NCBI GenBank assembly: GCA_033764015.1
Contig: JANRJK010000046.1
Span: 64,001-128,000 of the forward strand
Length of the DNA stretch: 64,000 nucleotides
Direction of reading: 5' to 3'
DNA from: Candidatus Sumerlaeia bacterium
Lineage (GTDB): Bacteria > Sumerlaeota > Sumerlaeia > SLMS01 > JANRJK01
How positions within the stretch are numbered: position 1 is the first letter of the stretch; every line of letters begins with the position of its first letter. This document shows, piece after piece, positions 29,007-38,472 of the stretch. A program made the position numbers and the translations under genes. The notes beneath the pieces are model-generated. The model was given only the letters and a program-made list of their open reading frames with translations. It did not search any database and was not told the origin of the DNA.

Positions 29007-29792
29007 TCACTCCTCCTCGTCTTCGTCCTCTTCCTCTTCCTCGGCGAAATCCGCGTCGAGGCTTTCGGCTTCCTCTTCATCGTCGGGGAGCGCGGCGGCC
29101 TTCTTCGAGGCGCCCTTCGCCGGCGCCGCCGCGGGCTTCTTGCGCCGCGCCGCGCTGCGCTCGATCACCGCGTCCAGGTCGTCCGCGTCGCTGCCGTCGC
29201 CGCCGTCGTCCTCCAAATCCTCCTCGTCGTCGCCGTAGCCGAGCACTTCGAGGGGGAGGCCCACGCCGGACTTCTTGGCGCGCTCCTTGTCCTTGGCGAC
29301 CTTCTTCTTGTACATCTGGCGGAGCGCCTCGTTGATCGCCTCCATCACCTGCAGCTTCGAGGCGGTGCGCACGAAGGAGATCTCGTCGCAGAGGAACTTC
29401 TTCGCCTGCTCCATGATCTCCTTCTCCTTCCCCTTGAGGTCGTCCATCTCGTCGAGGATGTAGAGGTCGCGCAGCAGGCGCGAAATGCGCATCGGGTCGC
29501 CCGACTTCATGATGTCGCGGTAGTTGTTGTACTGCATCCGCGCGTCGTTGCGGTTGGGCGAAACGGGGGCCTTCAGCGCGGCGAGGACCTTCTTGACCTC
29601 TTCGCGGCTCATCGGCCGGCGGATGTTGCGCCTCTCGACCTGATCGGCTGGGACGAAGACCTTGGCGCTTTGCGCGTCGAAGATATAGACGGTCATCTCG
29701 GCGCCGTCCACGGTCATGCGCTTCATCCCGCGCATCACGCAGATCCCGTTGGTGGGCTCGATGATCGTCTCGCCGATCTTGAACTTCATCAT
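29007..29792 (-). CDS. CarD/CdnL family transcriptional regulator with long acidic/basic tail
   Basis: MKFKIGETIIEPTNGIC, VFVP, IRRPMS.EEV..VL..L, SGD, E..IMEQAKKFL.DEIS; D/E-rich tail. Confidence 0.85.
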   Translation of the reverse strand: MMKFKIGETIIEPTNGICVMRGMKRMTVDGAEMTVYIFDAQSAKVFVPADQVERRNIRRPMSREEVKKVLAALKAPVSPNRNDARMQYNNYRDIMKSGDPMRISRLLRDLYILDEMDDLKGKEKEIMEQAKKFLCDEISFVRTASKLQVMEAINEALRQMYKKKVAKDKERAKKSGVGLPLEVLGYGDDEEDLEDDGGDGSDADDLDAVIERSAARRKKPAAAPAKGASKKAAALPDDEEEAESLDADFAEEEEEDEDEEE

Positions 29793-29958
29793 GGGTGTGG
29801 CCTTCTTTCCTGAGGGGGGACGCTGACGTTGGGGCGGCATGGGCGCCGAACGATAAAGCAGCCCGCAAGGGTGTGGCGGCAACGCGCCCGGCGCGAGCCT
29901 TTTTTTCCGACGCGCGCAAGGGCGCGCGCGGTGCGGATCGGATCGGATGGAGGAAAAG

Positions 29959-30035
29959 TGGCTCGCCCGGAGGGATTTGAACCCCCGACCCCTTGATCCG
30001 TAGTCAAGTGCTCTAATCCGCTGAGCTACGGGCGA
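29959..30035 (-). tRNA. tRNA-Arg (anticodon ACG)
   Basis: TCGCCCG acceptor stem, D-arm GCTC/GAGC, anticodon arm CTTGA-CTACGGA-TCAAG, TTCAAAT T-loop, encoded CCA; 77 nt. Confidence 0.97.
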
Positions 30036-30077
30036 ACGGGACACGGCACGGAACGATTCGCGCGCCGGAAGTGGGAG

Positions 30078-30115
30078 AGAGTAGCGGTGCCCCCCCGGCG
30101 GTCAACGACTTTTTT
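30078..30115 (-). promoter_or_regulatory. Putative sigma70 promoter of tRNA-Arg
   Basis: Minus strand: A-tract, TTGACC (30105-30100), 16-nt spacer, TACTCT (30083-30078). Confidence 0.6.
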
Positions 30116-30240
30116 ACCCGGCCCCCCGGCGCGGCGCACGGGCGGGTGGCCGCCTCGTCCCTTGCCCGCGCGCCGCCGCCGCGCGATACCTCGCGACCGC
30201 CCCGCCAAGGGGCGCCCAACGGAGACGGAAGGACGCGGCG

Positions 30241-31512
30241 ATGGAAGGCAATGTCATCGACACACTGAAGGCGCGGGGGCTCCTCGAGGCCATCACCGGC
30301 GACGAGCTGCGCGAACGCGTCGGCAAGGAGCCGCTCACCATCTACAGCGGCTTCGACTGCACCGCCGACTCGCTCCACGTCGGCCACCTGCTCCCCGCGC
30401 TCAACCTGCGCCGCTTCCAGCTCGCCGGCCACACACCCATCGTCGTCGTCGGCGGCGGCACCAGCCTCATCGGCGATCCCTCCGGCAAGCGCGCCGAACG
30501 CAAGCTCCTCGACCGCGCCACCATCGACGGCTTCGCCGAATCGATCCGCAAGCAGCTCGCCGGCCTCCTCGACTTCTCCGGCGCCAACGCGGCCCGCATG
30601 CGCAACAACGCCGACTGGCTCTGCCAGTTCTCCTTCATCGACATGCTCCGCGACGTCGGCAAGTTCTTCCGCCTCTCCGACATGCTCGAAAAGGACTCGG
30701 TCCGTTCGCGCCTCGAATCCGAGGCCGGCATCAGCTTCACTGAATTCACCTACATGATCCTCCAGTCCTACGACTTCCTCCACCTGTACAAGGCGGAGGG
30801 GTGCCAGGTGCAGGGCGGCGGTAGCGACCAGTGGGGCAACATCACCGCCGGCACCGACCTCATCCGCAAGAGCTGCGGCGGCCAGGCCTACGGCGTCACC
30901 TACCCGCTGCTGCTCAATTCGAAAGGCGAGAAGTTCGGCAAGTCGGAAGGCAACGCCGTGTGGCTCGATCCGAACCTGACGAGCCCCTACGACTTCTACC
31001 AGTTCTGGATCCGCACCGAGGACGCGGACGTCGAGCGGCTCCTCAAGTACTTCACCTTCATCGGGCTGGACGAGATCGCGGCGCTCGCCGCGGAGCACCG
31101 CAAGGCGCCGGAGAAGCGCCTCGCGCAGCAGCGCCTCGCGCACGAGATGACGACGATGCTCCACGGCGAGGAGGAGGCGAAGAAGTCCGCCGCCTCCGCC
31201 CGCGCCCTCTACGGCGGCTCGGTCGAAGTGGCGCCCGGCGCCAAGCTGGCGGACCTGGTCCCCGACGCGCCGCGCGCAAGCATGGACCGCAAGCGCATCG
31301 GCACGCTCACCCTGCTCGACCTGGTGGTGGAGAGCGGCCTCGCCGCCAGCAAGGGCGAAGCGCGCCGCCTGATCCAGCAGGGCGGCGCCTACCTGAACCA
31401 GCAGCGAATCGACGACGGCTTCGCGCTCCTCGCCGAGGACGCGCTCTCCGCCGACCACATGGTGCTGCTGCGCGCGGGGAAGAAGAACTACGTGCTCGTG
31501 GAGTTCTCCTAG
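30241..31512 (+). CDS. tyrS: Tyrosine--tRNA ligase
   Basis: YSGFDCTADSLHVGH, EFTYMILQSYDF, QGGGSDQWGNI, KFGKS, S4-like tail ending RAGKKNY. Confidence 0.98.
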   Translation: MEGNVIDTLKARGLLEAITGDELRERVGKEPLTIYSGFDCTADSLHVGHLLPALNLRRFQLAGHTPIVVVGGGTSLIGDPSGKRAERKLLDRATIDGFAESIRKQLAGLLDFSGANAARMRNNADWLCQFSFIDMLRDVGKFFRLSDMLEKDSVRSRLESEAGISFTEFTYMILQSYDFLHLYKAEGCQVQGGGSDQWGNITAGTDLIRKSCGGQAYGVTYPLLLNSKGEKFGKSEGNAVWLDPNLTSPYDFYQFWIRTEDADVERLLKYFTFIGLDEIAALAAEHRKAPEKRLAQQRLAHEMTTMLHGEEEAKKSAASARALYGGSVEVAPGAKLADLVPDAPRASMDRKRIGTLTLLDLVVESGLAASKGEARRLIQQGGAYLNQQRIDDGFALLAEDALSADHMVLLRAGKKNYVLVEFS

Positions 31513-31615
31513 CGGCCCCGCGGGGCGCGCGCGGCAATCCCTTCTTGCCCGCGCGGCGCGCGCCTGCTCATATCGCGGGGCCGAAAATCCACGGAATCCC
31601 GGAGCCTCCCCACCG

Positions 31616-31984
31616 ATGAAGCTGTTCCGCACCGCCGCCCTCGCCGCGGGCATCGCCGCCGCCATCGCCCTCACCGGCTGCTCGACCAAGCTCGGCCAGT
31701 TCACGATGATGACCACCGGCGCGCCGCAGTTCGACTCGATGGACAACGCTCCCCTGACGAACGACGTGCGCGGCGAGAGCGGGCGCTACTGGATCCTCTT
31801 CATCCCCACCGCCTCCCAGCCCGACGTCGAAAACGCCGTGAACGACGCCTTGATGCGCGGCAACGGCGACTTCATGGAGCGCGTCGAAGTCTACTCCAAG
31901 GGCTGGTCCGCCATCCTCGTCAGCTACGACGGCTACCACGTCCGCGGCGCCGTCGGGAACTCGAAGTACAACCGGGGGCAGTAA
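31616..31984 (+). CDS. Small lipoprotein
   Basis: Signal peptide with lipobox LTG-C; GGAG upstream. Confidence 0.75.
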   Translation: MKLFRTAALAAGIAAAIALTGCSTKLGQFTMMTTGAPQFDSMDNAPLTNDVRGESGRYWILFIPTASQPDVENAVNDALMRGNGDFMERVEVYSKGWSAILVSYDGYHVRGAVGNSKYNRGQ

Positions 31985-32070
31985 TACCCGCCGCCGAGCA
32001 ACTTTCCCCCGCCCCGTGCGCCCCTCTTCGGCGCGCGGGGCGTTCCTCTTTCCAGGAGCCCCGCCTCAAG

Positions 32071-34551
32071 ATGCCCAGCGTCCGCGTCCACTACCATCGC
32101 AACGATGGCAACTACACCGAGGTCCAGATCTGGACCTGGGACTGGGAAGGGAACCGCAACCCCGCGCAGCAGGACCTCGCCCCCGCCGCCGAGGACGACT
32201 TCGGCGTCGTCTTCGAAATCCCGACCGACAAGTACGGCCTCAACCCGGACCAGCTCACGATCGGCATCCTGCCCCGCATCGAGCGGAACTGGGAGAAGAA
32301 GGACGATCCGGAGCGCAAGTGGACGCCCGATTGCGGCTGCGAAGTGTGGATCATCCAGGACGACGAGCGCATCTACACGAAGCGCCCCGACACGACGCCC
32401 ACCGTGAAGGCGTTCCTCGACAAGGGGAACGTGGTGGTGGCGCGCTTCACGGGCCACGTCTCGCGCGCGGGCGACCTCTCGAAAACGGTCGTCCGAGGCC
32501 CCGGCGGCAAGACGATCGCCACCCGCGAGGTGCACCACGTCCACGACTACGGAGCCACCTTCGTCTTTGTCGAAGCGATCCCCTTCCTCTGCCAGCGCTG
32601 GGACATCGAAGTGCCGAACTTCCGCCCCGCCGGCCTCCGCCCGCGCAACGTCCTCTTCGACGGCACCGAGTTCGGCACGCTCAAGCCGCTCGGCGCCCTC
32701 TGCACGCCGGCGGAAACCGTCTTCCGCGTCTTCGCCCCCTGCGCCGACGCGGTCGCCGTGGTGATCTATAAGACCGCCCTCGGCAAGGAGGAACCCCGCG
32801 AGGTCCCCCTCAAGCACCTCGGCAAGGGCGTCTGGGAGGCCACGGAGAAGGGCGACCTCGACGGCCTCTACTACCTGCTGCGCGTGAAGAACTCCTTCGC
32901 CGACGAACCGGTGGAGGCCGCCGACCCCTACTCGGTCAACACGACGGGCCGCGACCGCCGGTCGCGCATCACCGACCTCCGCCGCACCGACCCCCCCGGC
33001 TTCCGCCCCGTCAAGCGGCCGCCCTTCAGCGGACGCCTGGCCGACCTGATCGCGACGGAGCTCCACGTCCGCGACTTCTCCGTTTCGCACAACTCCGGCA
33101 TGCGGGCGAAGGGCAACTACCTCGCCTTCACCGAGAAGGACACTCACCTCCCGCACCACCCGGAGGTCTCCACGGGCCTCGCGCACCTGCGCGAGCTCGG
33201 TGTCACGCACGTGCAACTCCTCCCCATCCAGGACTTCGACAACTTCGAGGACCGCCACGACTACAACTGGGGCTACATGACGACCTGCTTCTGGTCGCCG
33301 GAGGGCTGGTACGCCTCCGCGCTCGAGGACGCCTCCCGCATCATCGAATGCAAGCGCATGATCCAGGCGCTCCACGAAGCCGGCATCCGCGTCGTGATGG
33401 ACGTCGTGTACAACCACACCGCGCCGAACGCGTCCTTCAACGCCGTGGCGCCGGGCTACTACTACCGCCTGCGCGCCGACGGCTCCCGCTGGAACGGCAG
33501 CGGCTGCGGCAACGAATTCAAGAGCGAAGCCCCCATGGGCCGACGCTTCATCATCGATTCGCTCAAGTATTGGGTCGAGGAGTTCGGCGTCGACGGCTTC
33601 CGCTTCGACCTCATGGGGCTCATCGACCGGGAGACGATGATGCAGGCGCGCCGCGAGCTCCTCGAGCTGGATCCAACGCTGCTCATCTACGGCGAGCCAT
33701 GGGTCGCGGCCGGCTGCGGCCTCGATGCGGTCACCGACAAGTGGGCGGTCCGCGGCACCGGCGTCGGCGCCTTCAACGACCACTACCGCAACGCCCTCAA
33801 GGGCGAGCCGGACAACCACCACTGGGGCTACGTGCAAGGCGCGCCGCACCGCGACGCGGTCGCCGGCGGCATCGCGGGCTCCATCGACGACTGGGCGCTC
33901 CACCCGGGCGACTCGATCAACTACGGCGACTGCCACGACAACCTGTGCCTCTGGGACAAGATCGCCGCCTGCTGCCCCCACGAGACGGAGCCGGACCGGA
34001 TCCGCATGTACAACCTCGCCATGGCGATCCTCGCGGTCAGCCAGGGCGCCATGTTCCTACACGGCGGCCACGAAACCACCCGCACGAAGTTCGGCAACCA
34101 CAACAGCTACAACGCGCCCGACGAGATCAACCGCATCGACTGGTCGCGCAAGGCGCGCTACGCCAACACCTTCACCTACACGCGCGACATGATCCGGCTG
34201 CGCCGCGCGCACCCGCTCTTCCGCCTCCCCACCGGCGCCGAAGTCCGCAAGCGCATCGACTTCCTCTTCCTCCTGCCGAAGAGCCCGCAGGCGATCTCCT
34301 TCTCGCTCGACGGCGACGGCCTGGAAGGCGAGAGCTGGTCCGCCGCGCTCGTCCTGATCAACCCGTACCACCGCGCGCGCACCTTCCCGCTGCCGAAGGG
34401 CGTCTGGAACGTCCACGCCTGCGGGCACACCGCATCGGTGGAGGCGCTGCAGGCGGTCGAAGGGCGCTTCGCCGTCGCGGGCCGCACCTTGGCGGTGCTC
34501 GCCCAGGCGAAGGACTCCTCCGCCGCGGAACCCGCGGGGGCCGCGTTCTAG
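32071..34551 (+). CDS. pulA: Type I pullulanase (GH13) with N-terminal CBM41-like domain
   Basis: VHYHRNDGNY...WTW, ELHVRDFS, YNWGY, DVVYNH, SGCGNE, DGFRFDLMG, YGEPW, CHDN, NSYNAPDEIN; no signal peptide. Confidence 0.92.
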   Translation: MPSVRVHYHRNDGNYTEVQIWTWDWEGNRNPAQQDLAPAAEDDFGVVFEIPTDKYGLNPDQLTIGILPRIERNWEKKDDPERKWTPDCGCEVWIIQDDERIYTKRPDTTPTVKAFLDKGNVVVARFTGHVSRAGDLSKTVVRGPGGKTIATREVHHVHDYGATFVFVEAIPFLCQRWDIEVPNFRPAGLRPRNVLFDGTEFGTLKPLGALCTPAETVFRVFAPCADAVAVVIYKTALGKEEPREVPLKHLGKGVWEATEKGDLDGLYYLLRVKNSFADEPVEAADPYSVNTTGRDRRSRITDLRRTDPPGFRPVKRPPFSGRLADLIATELHVRDFSVSHNSGMRAKGNYLAFTEKDTHLPHHPEVSTGLAHLRELGVTHVQLLPIQDFDNFEDRHDYNWGYMTTCFWSPEGWYASALEDASRIIECKRMIQALHEAGIRVVMDVVYNHTAPNASFNAVAPGYYYRLRADGSRWNGSGCGNEFKSEAPMGRRFIIDSLKYWVEEFGVDGFRFDLMGLIDRETMMQARRELLELDPTLLIYGEPWVAAGCGLDAVTDKWAVRGTGVGAFNDHYRNALKGEPDNHHWGYVQGAPHRDAVAGGIAGSIDDWALHPGDSINYGDCHDNLCLWDKIAACCPHETEPDRIRMYNLAMAILAVSQGAMFLHGGHETTRTKFGNHNSYNAPDEINRIDWSRKARYANTFTYTRDMIRLRRAHPLFRLPTGAEVRKRIDFLFLLPKSPQAISFSLDGDGLEGESWSAALVLINPYHRARTFPLPKGVWNVHACGHTASVEALQAVEGRFAVAGRTLAVLAQAKDSSAAEPAGAAF

Positions 34552-34571
34552 CCCGCCCCGGGGCCCCGCCG

Positions 34572-34982
34572 GTGGACACGCTCGACCCGCGCCGCCGCAG
34601 CGAGCTCATGGCGCGGATCCGCTCGAAGGACACCGCGCCGGAGCTGTTCGTCCGGCGCCTCGCGCACGCGCTCGGCTACCGCTACCGGCTCCACGCCAAG
34701 GACCTCCCCGGCAGGCCCGACCTCGTCTTCCGCAAGCGGCTCAAGGTGGTCTTCGTGCACGGATGCTTCTGGCACGGCCACACCTCCCGCCGCTGCCCGC
34801 ACGCCCGCTTGCCGAAGAGCAACGTCGCCTTCTGGGCCGCCAAGATCGCCGCCAACCGCGAGCGCGACCTGCGCCGCATCCGCGAGCTTCGCAGCCTCGG
34901 CTACAAGTCCCTCGTCCTGTGGGAGTGCGAGCTCGGCGACGCCGCGCGCGTCGAGGCGAAGCTGCGGCGCTTCCTGGGCTAG
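34572..34982 (+). CDS. vsr: Very short patch repair endonuclease
   Basis: GTG start; DTL...RS..MARIRSKDTAPE, LPGRPDLVF, FVHGCFWHGH, FW..KI..NRERD, LWECE. Confidence 0.95.
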   Translation: MDTLDPRRRSELMARIRSKDTAPELFVRRLAHALGYRYRLHAKDLPGRPDLVFRKRLKVVFVHGCFWHGHTSRRCPHARLPKSNVAFWAAKIAANRERDLRRIRELRSLGYKSLVLWECELGDAARVEAKLRRFLG

Positions 34983-36487
34983 CGCACCACGACGCCGTCG
35001 CCGGAGGCGGTCGCCTCCTCCGGCTCCTGCGACACGGGGAGCAGGAACTGCAGCACCGCGGGGAAACGCGCGGCCCACGCCGGCTCCGTGTGGTCCGCCC
35101 CGTAGGCGATCGTGTGGAGGAAGTCCGGCCCCACCGGGTAGTTGTTCTCGATCAGCGCGTCGCGCGCCTGCAGCGTCGTCGACGCGCCGTCGTCCGCGGG
35201 GATCAGCCCGCCGCCCACCGTGCCGCTGTCCAGGTAGAGGCGCACCTGCCGCGGCGCCTGGGAACGCATCCGCTCGATCAACTCCGTGCGGCCACCGACC
35301 GTCGACGCCCAGTAGGCGGGGGAGAGCGCCGCATGGTGCCGCGCGAACGACGGGTACTCCCACGCGAGATAGGTCGAGAAGAAGCCACCCATGGACGATC
35401 CCGCCGTCGCCGTGTCGTCCCGGCCGGTGAGCGTGCGGTAGTTCGCGTCGATGTAGGGCTTCACCTCGTTGATGTAATAGGCCGCCGTCTGGTTCGCGCG
35501 CCCGGTGTAGATCACCGCCGTGTCGTACTCGGGCAGGTACTCGGGGATGCGTTCGCTGCCGCCGTGGCTGACGCCGACGATGACCGCCTCGCGCATGCGC
35601 CCCTGGGCGATCAGCGCGGTGGCCGCCTCGTCCGCGCGCCACGTGTTGCCGAAGCCGCTGTCGCCGGCGAACGTCTGGAAGCAGTTCTGCCCGTCGTGCA
35701 TGTAGAGCACCGGATAGCGCCGCGCCGTGTGCTGGTCGTAGCCGCGCGGCAGATACACGTAGACGGCGCGCGTCGGGAGCGAGCCGGTGAAGTTCGGGAT
35801 CTTCACGACGCGCGGAGCGGAAACCGCGGGCGCCGGGCGGTAGTTGAAGAGCTGCCGGTCCTGCAGCCAAGGCGACGCCAGCGCCGTGGTGTAGTACGCG
35901 GCGCCCGACGGCGTGTCGAACCCGCCGTCCCCGCGGACGACGCGGAACTGCCACTCGCCCCGCGCCGGGAGGCCGTCGACCGGCGCGCTCCAAAGTCCTT
36001 CCTGCGGTGTGCGCCCGTCGCCGGTCCGCGTCAGCGCCACGGCGCGGTGGTCCGCGCCCTCGCGGATCTCGAGCACGGGGGCCGGCGCCGATCCGATATA
36101 GCGGAAGAAGCCGCGGCGCGGGGCTTCCGCCTGGCCCGGGACCGTCAGCGACAACGGCGATCCGATCAGCGCGCCGTTCGCCGGATTCGCCTGCGCCGCC
36201 GCGCTGTCCTGTCGCACCGCGAACTGGTACTCCACGGTGGTTCCCTCGGGCAGCGACACGGTGGCCGACCACTGCGGGTATCCGTGCGGCGACAGCTTGA
36301 GCGCCCGCGTCATCTCGCCGCCGCCAAGCAGCGGGTGGTCGCCGAGCACGAAGACCGATTCGCCGAACGAAGTTTCGCGAGTCGTCTGCAACTGCACCGG
36401 CTGGTCCGCGAGAACTCGTAAGCCCCCGGTCGCCCCGAGGGCCAGCAACCCCGCGCACACCCACGGAATTCCGCACATCCGCGCCAT
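34979..36487 (-). CDS. Exported CBM20-like domain + alpha/beta-hydrolase (esterase) protein
   Basis: Signal peptide; TSFGESVFVLGDHPLLG...W...VSLP....EYQF (CBM20-like); VYLPRGY, YPVLYMHDGQN, GSSMGG, YLDSG, HTEPAW. Confidence 0.8.
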   Translation of the reverse strand: MARMCGIPWVCAGLLALGATGGLRVLADQPVQLQTTRETSFGESVFVLGDHPLLGGGEMTRALKLSPHGYPQWSATVSLPEGTTVEYQFAVRQDSAAAQANPANGALIGSPLSLTVPGQAEAPRRGFFRYIGSAPAPVLEIREGADHRAVALTRTGDGRTPQEGLWSAPVDGLPARGEWQFRVVRGDGGFDTPSGAAYYTTALASPWLQDRQLFNYRPAPAVSAPRVVKIPNFTGSLPTRAVYVYLPRGYDQHTARRYPVLYMHDGQNCFQTFAGDSGFGNTWRADEAATALIAQGRMREAVIVGVSHGGSERIPEYLPEYDTAVIYTGRANQTAAYYINEVKPYIDANYRTLTGRDDTATAGSSMGGFFSTYLAWEYPSFARHHAALSPAYWASTVGGRTELIERMRSQAPRQVRLYLDSGTVGGGLIPADDGASTTLQARDALIENNYPVGPDFLHTIAYGADHTEPAWAARFPAVLQFLLPVSQEPEEATASGDGVVVR

Positions 36488-36642
36488 CTCCCGCTCCCTT
36501 CGTCCTGCCCCGCTTCTTGCAACCGGCGGGTCGCTCCCGTTGCGCCCGTCCATCGGGGACGGAACTACTCGTCGCTGTTCGACGGCGCCGGAAGCAAGCA
36601 GCCTCGGCGCTGCGTCCCGCCAATCTTCCCACGGACGGCTCC

Positions 36643-38406
36643 ATGGATTCCGCGACCCCCAGCCAGCCGCCCAGCCTTCCCCGGATCGAGGGCATCGAAC
36701 TCGAACGGCTGATCGGGCGCGGCGGGATGGGCTCGGTCTACCTCGGCCGCCAGCCGTACCTCGAGCGCCGCGTCGCGGTGAAGATCGTGTCCGTCCAGGG
36801 CATGTCCAACCAGGACAATTACGTCGAGCGCTTCCGCCGCGAGGCGCGTTCGCTCGCCGCGCTCGCGCACCCGAACATCGTCGCCTGCTACCAGGCCGGC
36901 ACCACCGCGGCGGGGGAGCCCTACCTCGCGATGGAGTACGTCGACGGACCCACGCTCCACGACTTCCTGCGGGGCAGCGGCCCCCTCGATCCGTCCAAGG
37001 CGCTCGCCATCGTGCGCGCCACCGCCGACGCGCTGCGCTACGCCCTCGATAACGGCATCATCCACCGCGACATCAAGCCGGAGAACATCCTCCTCCAGAA
37101 GCGCGAACGCGCGCCGGAGGACGACCCCTTCCCCTACACGCCGCGCCTCGTCGACCTCGGCCTCGCCCGCGTGGTCCGCGAGGACGACATGGACACCAAG
37201 CTCACCGCCGACGGCATGGTGCTCGGCACGCCCCCCATGATGGCCCCGGAGCAGTTCGACGCGCCGGAGAAGGTCGACTTCCGCGCCGACATCTACGCCC
37301 TCGGCTGCGTCCTCCACCACCTCCTCACCGGCAAGCGCGCCTTCCCCGAAGCCAAGGTGATGGACGTCATCAAGCGCAAGATGTCGGGCGACGTCCCGGA
37401 CCCGCGGGCGATCCGCGCCGACCTCCCGGACCCCCTCGCGGAGCTGTGCCGCAAGATGATGGCCGCGCAGCCCCACCGCCGCCACGCCTCCTACCAGGAG
37501 CTCCTCGCCGAGATCGACGGCCTGCGCTCGACGCTCGGCATGTCCTCGGACGCGCTGCGCATCGGGGGAACCGCGACGCCTGCCACCGCCCGCGGAACCA
37601 CCCCGGTGGACCTGGACCGCCAACCGCGCGGCGGCGGCACCATGATGCCCGCCGCCACCATCGGCGGCGGCCTCCTCCTCGTCGCCATCATCGTCCTCGT
37701 GATGATCAAGGACGGCGGCGATGGCGGCACGGACACCGCCATCCGCACCACGCCCCCGCCGGCGCCCACCACCGCACCAACCCCGCAACCCACGGCCACA
37801 CCCGCGGCCACCGCCACGCCCCGCCCCGCCGCAATCTTCCCCGACGACGGCCAGCCCCTCATCGGCGGCACGATCGAGAACTCCAAGACCGGCTGGATCA
37901 TGGAGTCGGGCCTTGGCTTCTGGGACGCCGCGCAGGACTTCGAGTCCGGCATCGTCGGCGCGGGAACCAGCCACATCGCGCGCCCCCTCGCCGCGGACTA
38001 CCCCGGCGACGCGCACCGCCTCGACGGCTCGATCCAACTCCTACCGGGCGCCAAGGAAGGCGGCGTGCTCCTCCATATCGAGGGAGGCATGTGGTACGGC
38101 GTCGCGTTCCAAGCGCTCGACGAAACCACACTCACCGTCAGCACGGTCGGATTCGACGCGGACGCGGAGGACTGGATCGCGACGCGCAGGGTGCTCGACA
38201 GCCGGGTGATCGAACCCGGAGCCGGCGGGCCCACCGGCTTCTCGCTGCTGCGCGACGGCGCGGCGCTCACCGTGGCGGTGCACGGCGAGACCTTCGCGCC
38301 GATCCCGGTCGAGGGAGGGGCGACCGAGGCCGCGGTCCTCTACTCGAACTCGAACACCGGGCCCGTCTGGTTCCCGGAACTTCAGGTGGCGGTGCCGGTG
38401 CGCTGA
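36643..38406 (+). CDS. Membrane Ser/Thr protein kinase with Pro/Thr linker and extracytoplasmic beta domain
   Basis: GRGGMGSVY, VAVK, RFRREA, HRDIKPEN, DLGLAR, GTPPMMAPEQ; TM LLLVAIIVLVMI. Confidence 0.92.
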   Translation: MDSATPSQPPSLPRIEGIELERLIGRGGMGSVYLGRQPYLERRVAVKIVSVQGMSNQDNYVERFRREARSLAALAHPNIVACYQAGTTAAGEPYLAMEYVDGPTLHDFLRGSGPLDPSKALAIVRATADALRYALDNGIIHRDIKPENILLQKRERAPEDDPFPYTPRLVDLGLARVVREDDMDTKLTADGMVLGTPPMMAPEQFDAPEKVDFRADIYALGCVLHHLLTGKRAFPEAKVMDVIKRKMSGDVPDPRAIRADLPDPLAELCRKMMAAQPHRRHASYQELLAEIDGLRSTLGMSSDALRIGGTATPATARGTTPVDLDRQPRGGGTMMPAATIGGGLLLVAIIVLVMIKDGGDGGTDTAIRTTPPPAPTTAPTPQPTATPAATATPRPAAIFPDDGQPLIGGTIENSKTGWIMESGLGFWDAAQDFESGIVGAGTSHIARPLAADYPGDAHRLDGSIQLLPGAKEGGVLLHIEGGMWYGVAFQALDETTLTVSTVGFDADAEDWIATRRVLDSRVIEPGAGGPTGFSLLRDGAALTVAVHGETFAPIPVEGGATEAAVLYSNSNTGPVWFPELQVAVPVR

Positions 38407-38472
38407 CGCCGCGTTGAAGGCGCCGCGCCCCGCGAGCGTATCCCCGGGCAATCCCCCCGAGGACACGTCCCC

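Noticed and set aside
29793..30044. N-terminal extension of the CarD ORF
   Set aside because: It runs through the tRNA-Arg gene; CarD similarity starts at MMKFKIG.
33348..34982. 544-aa ORF as an extended Vsr
   Set aside because: The upstream part is an off-frame shadow of the pullulanase; Vsr motifs begin at GTG 34572.
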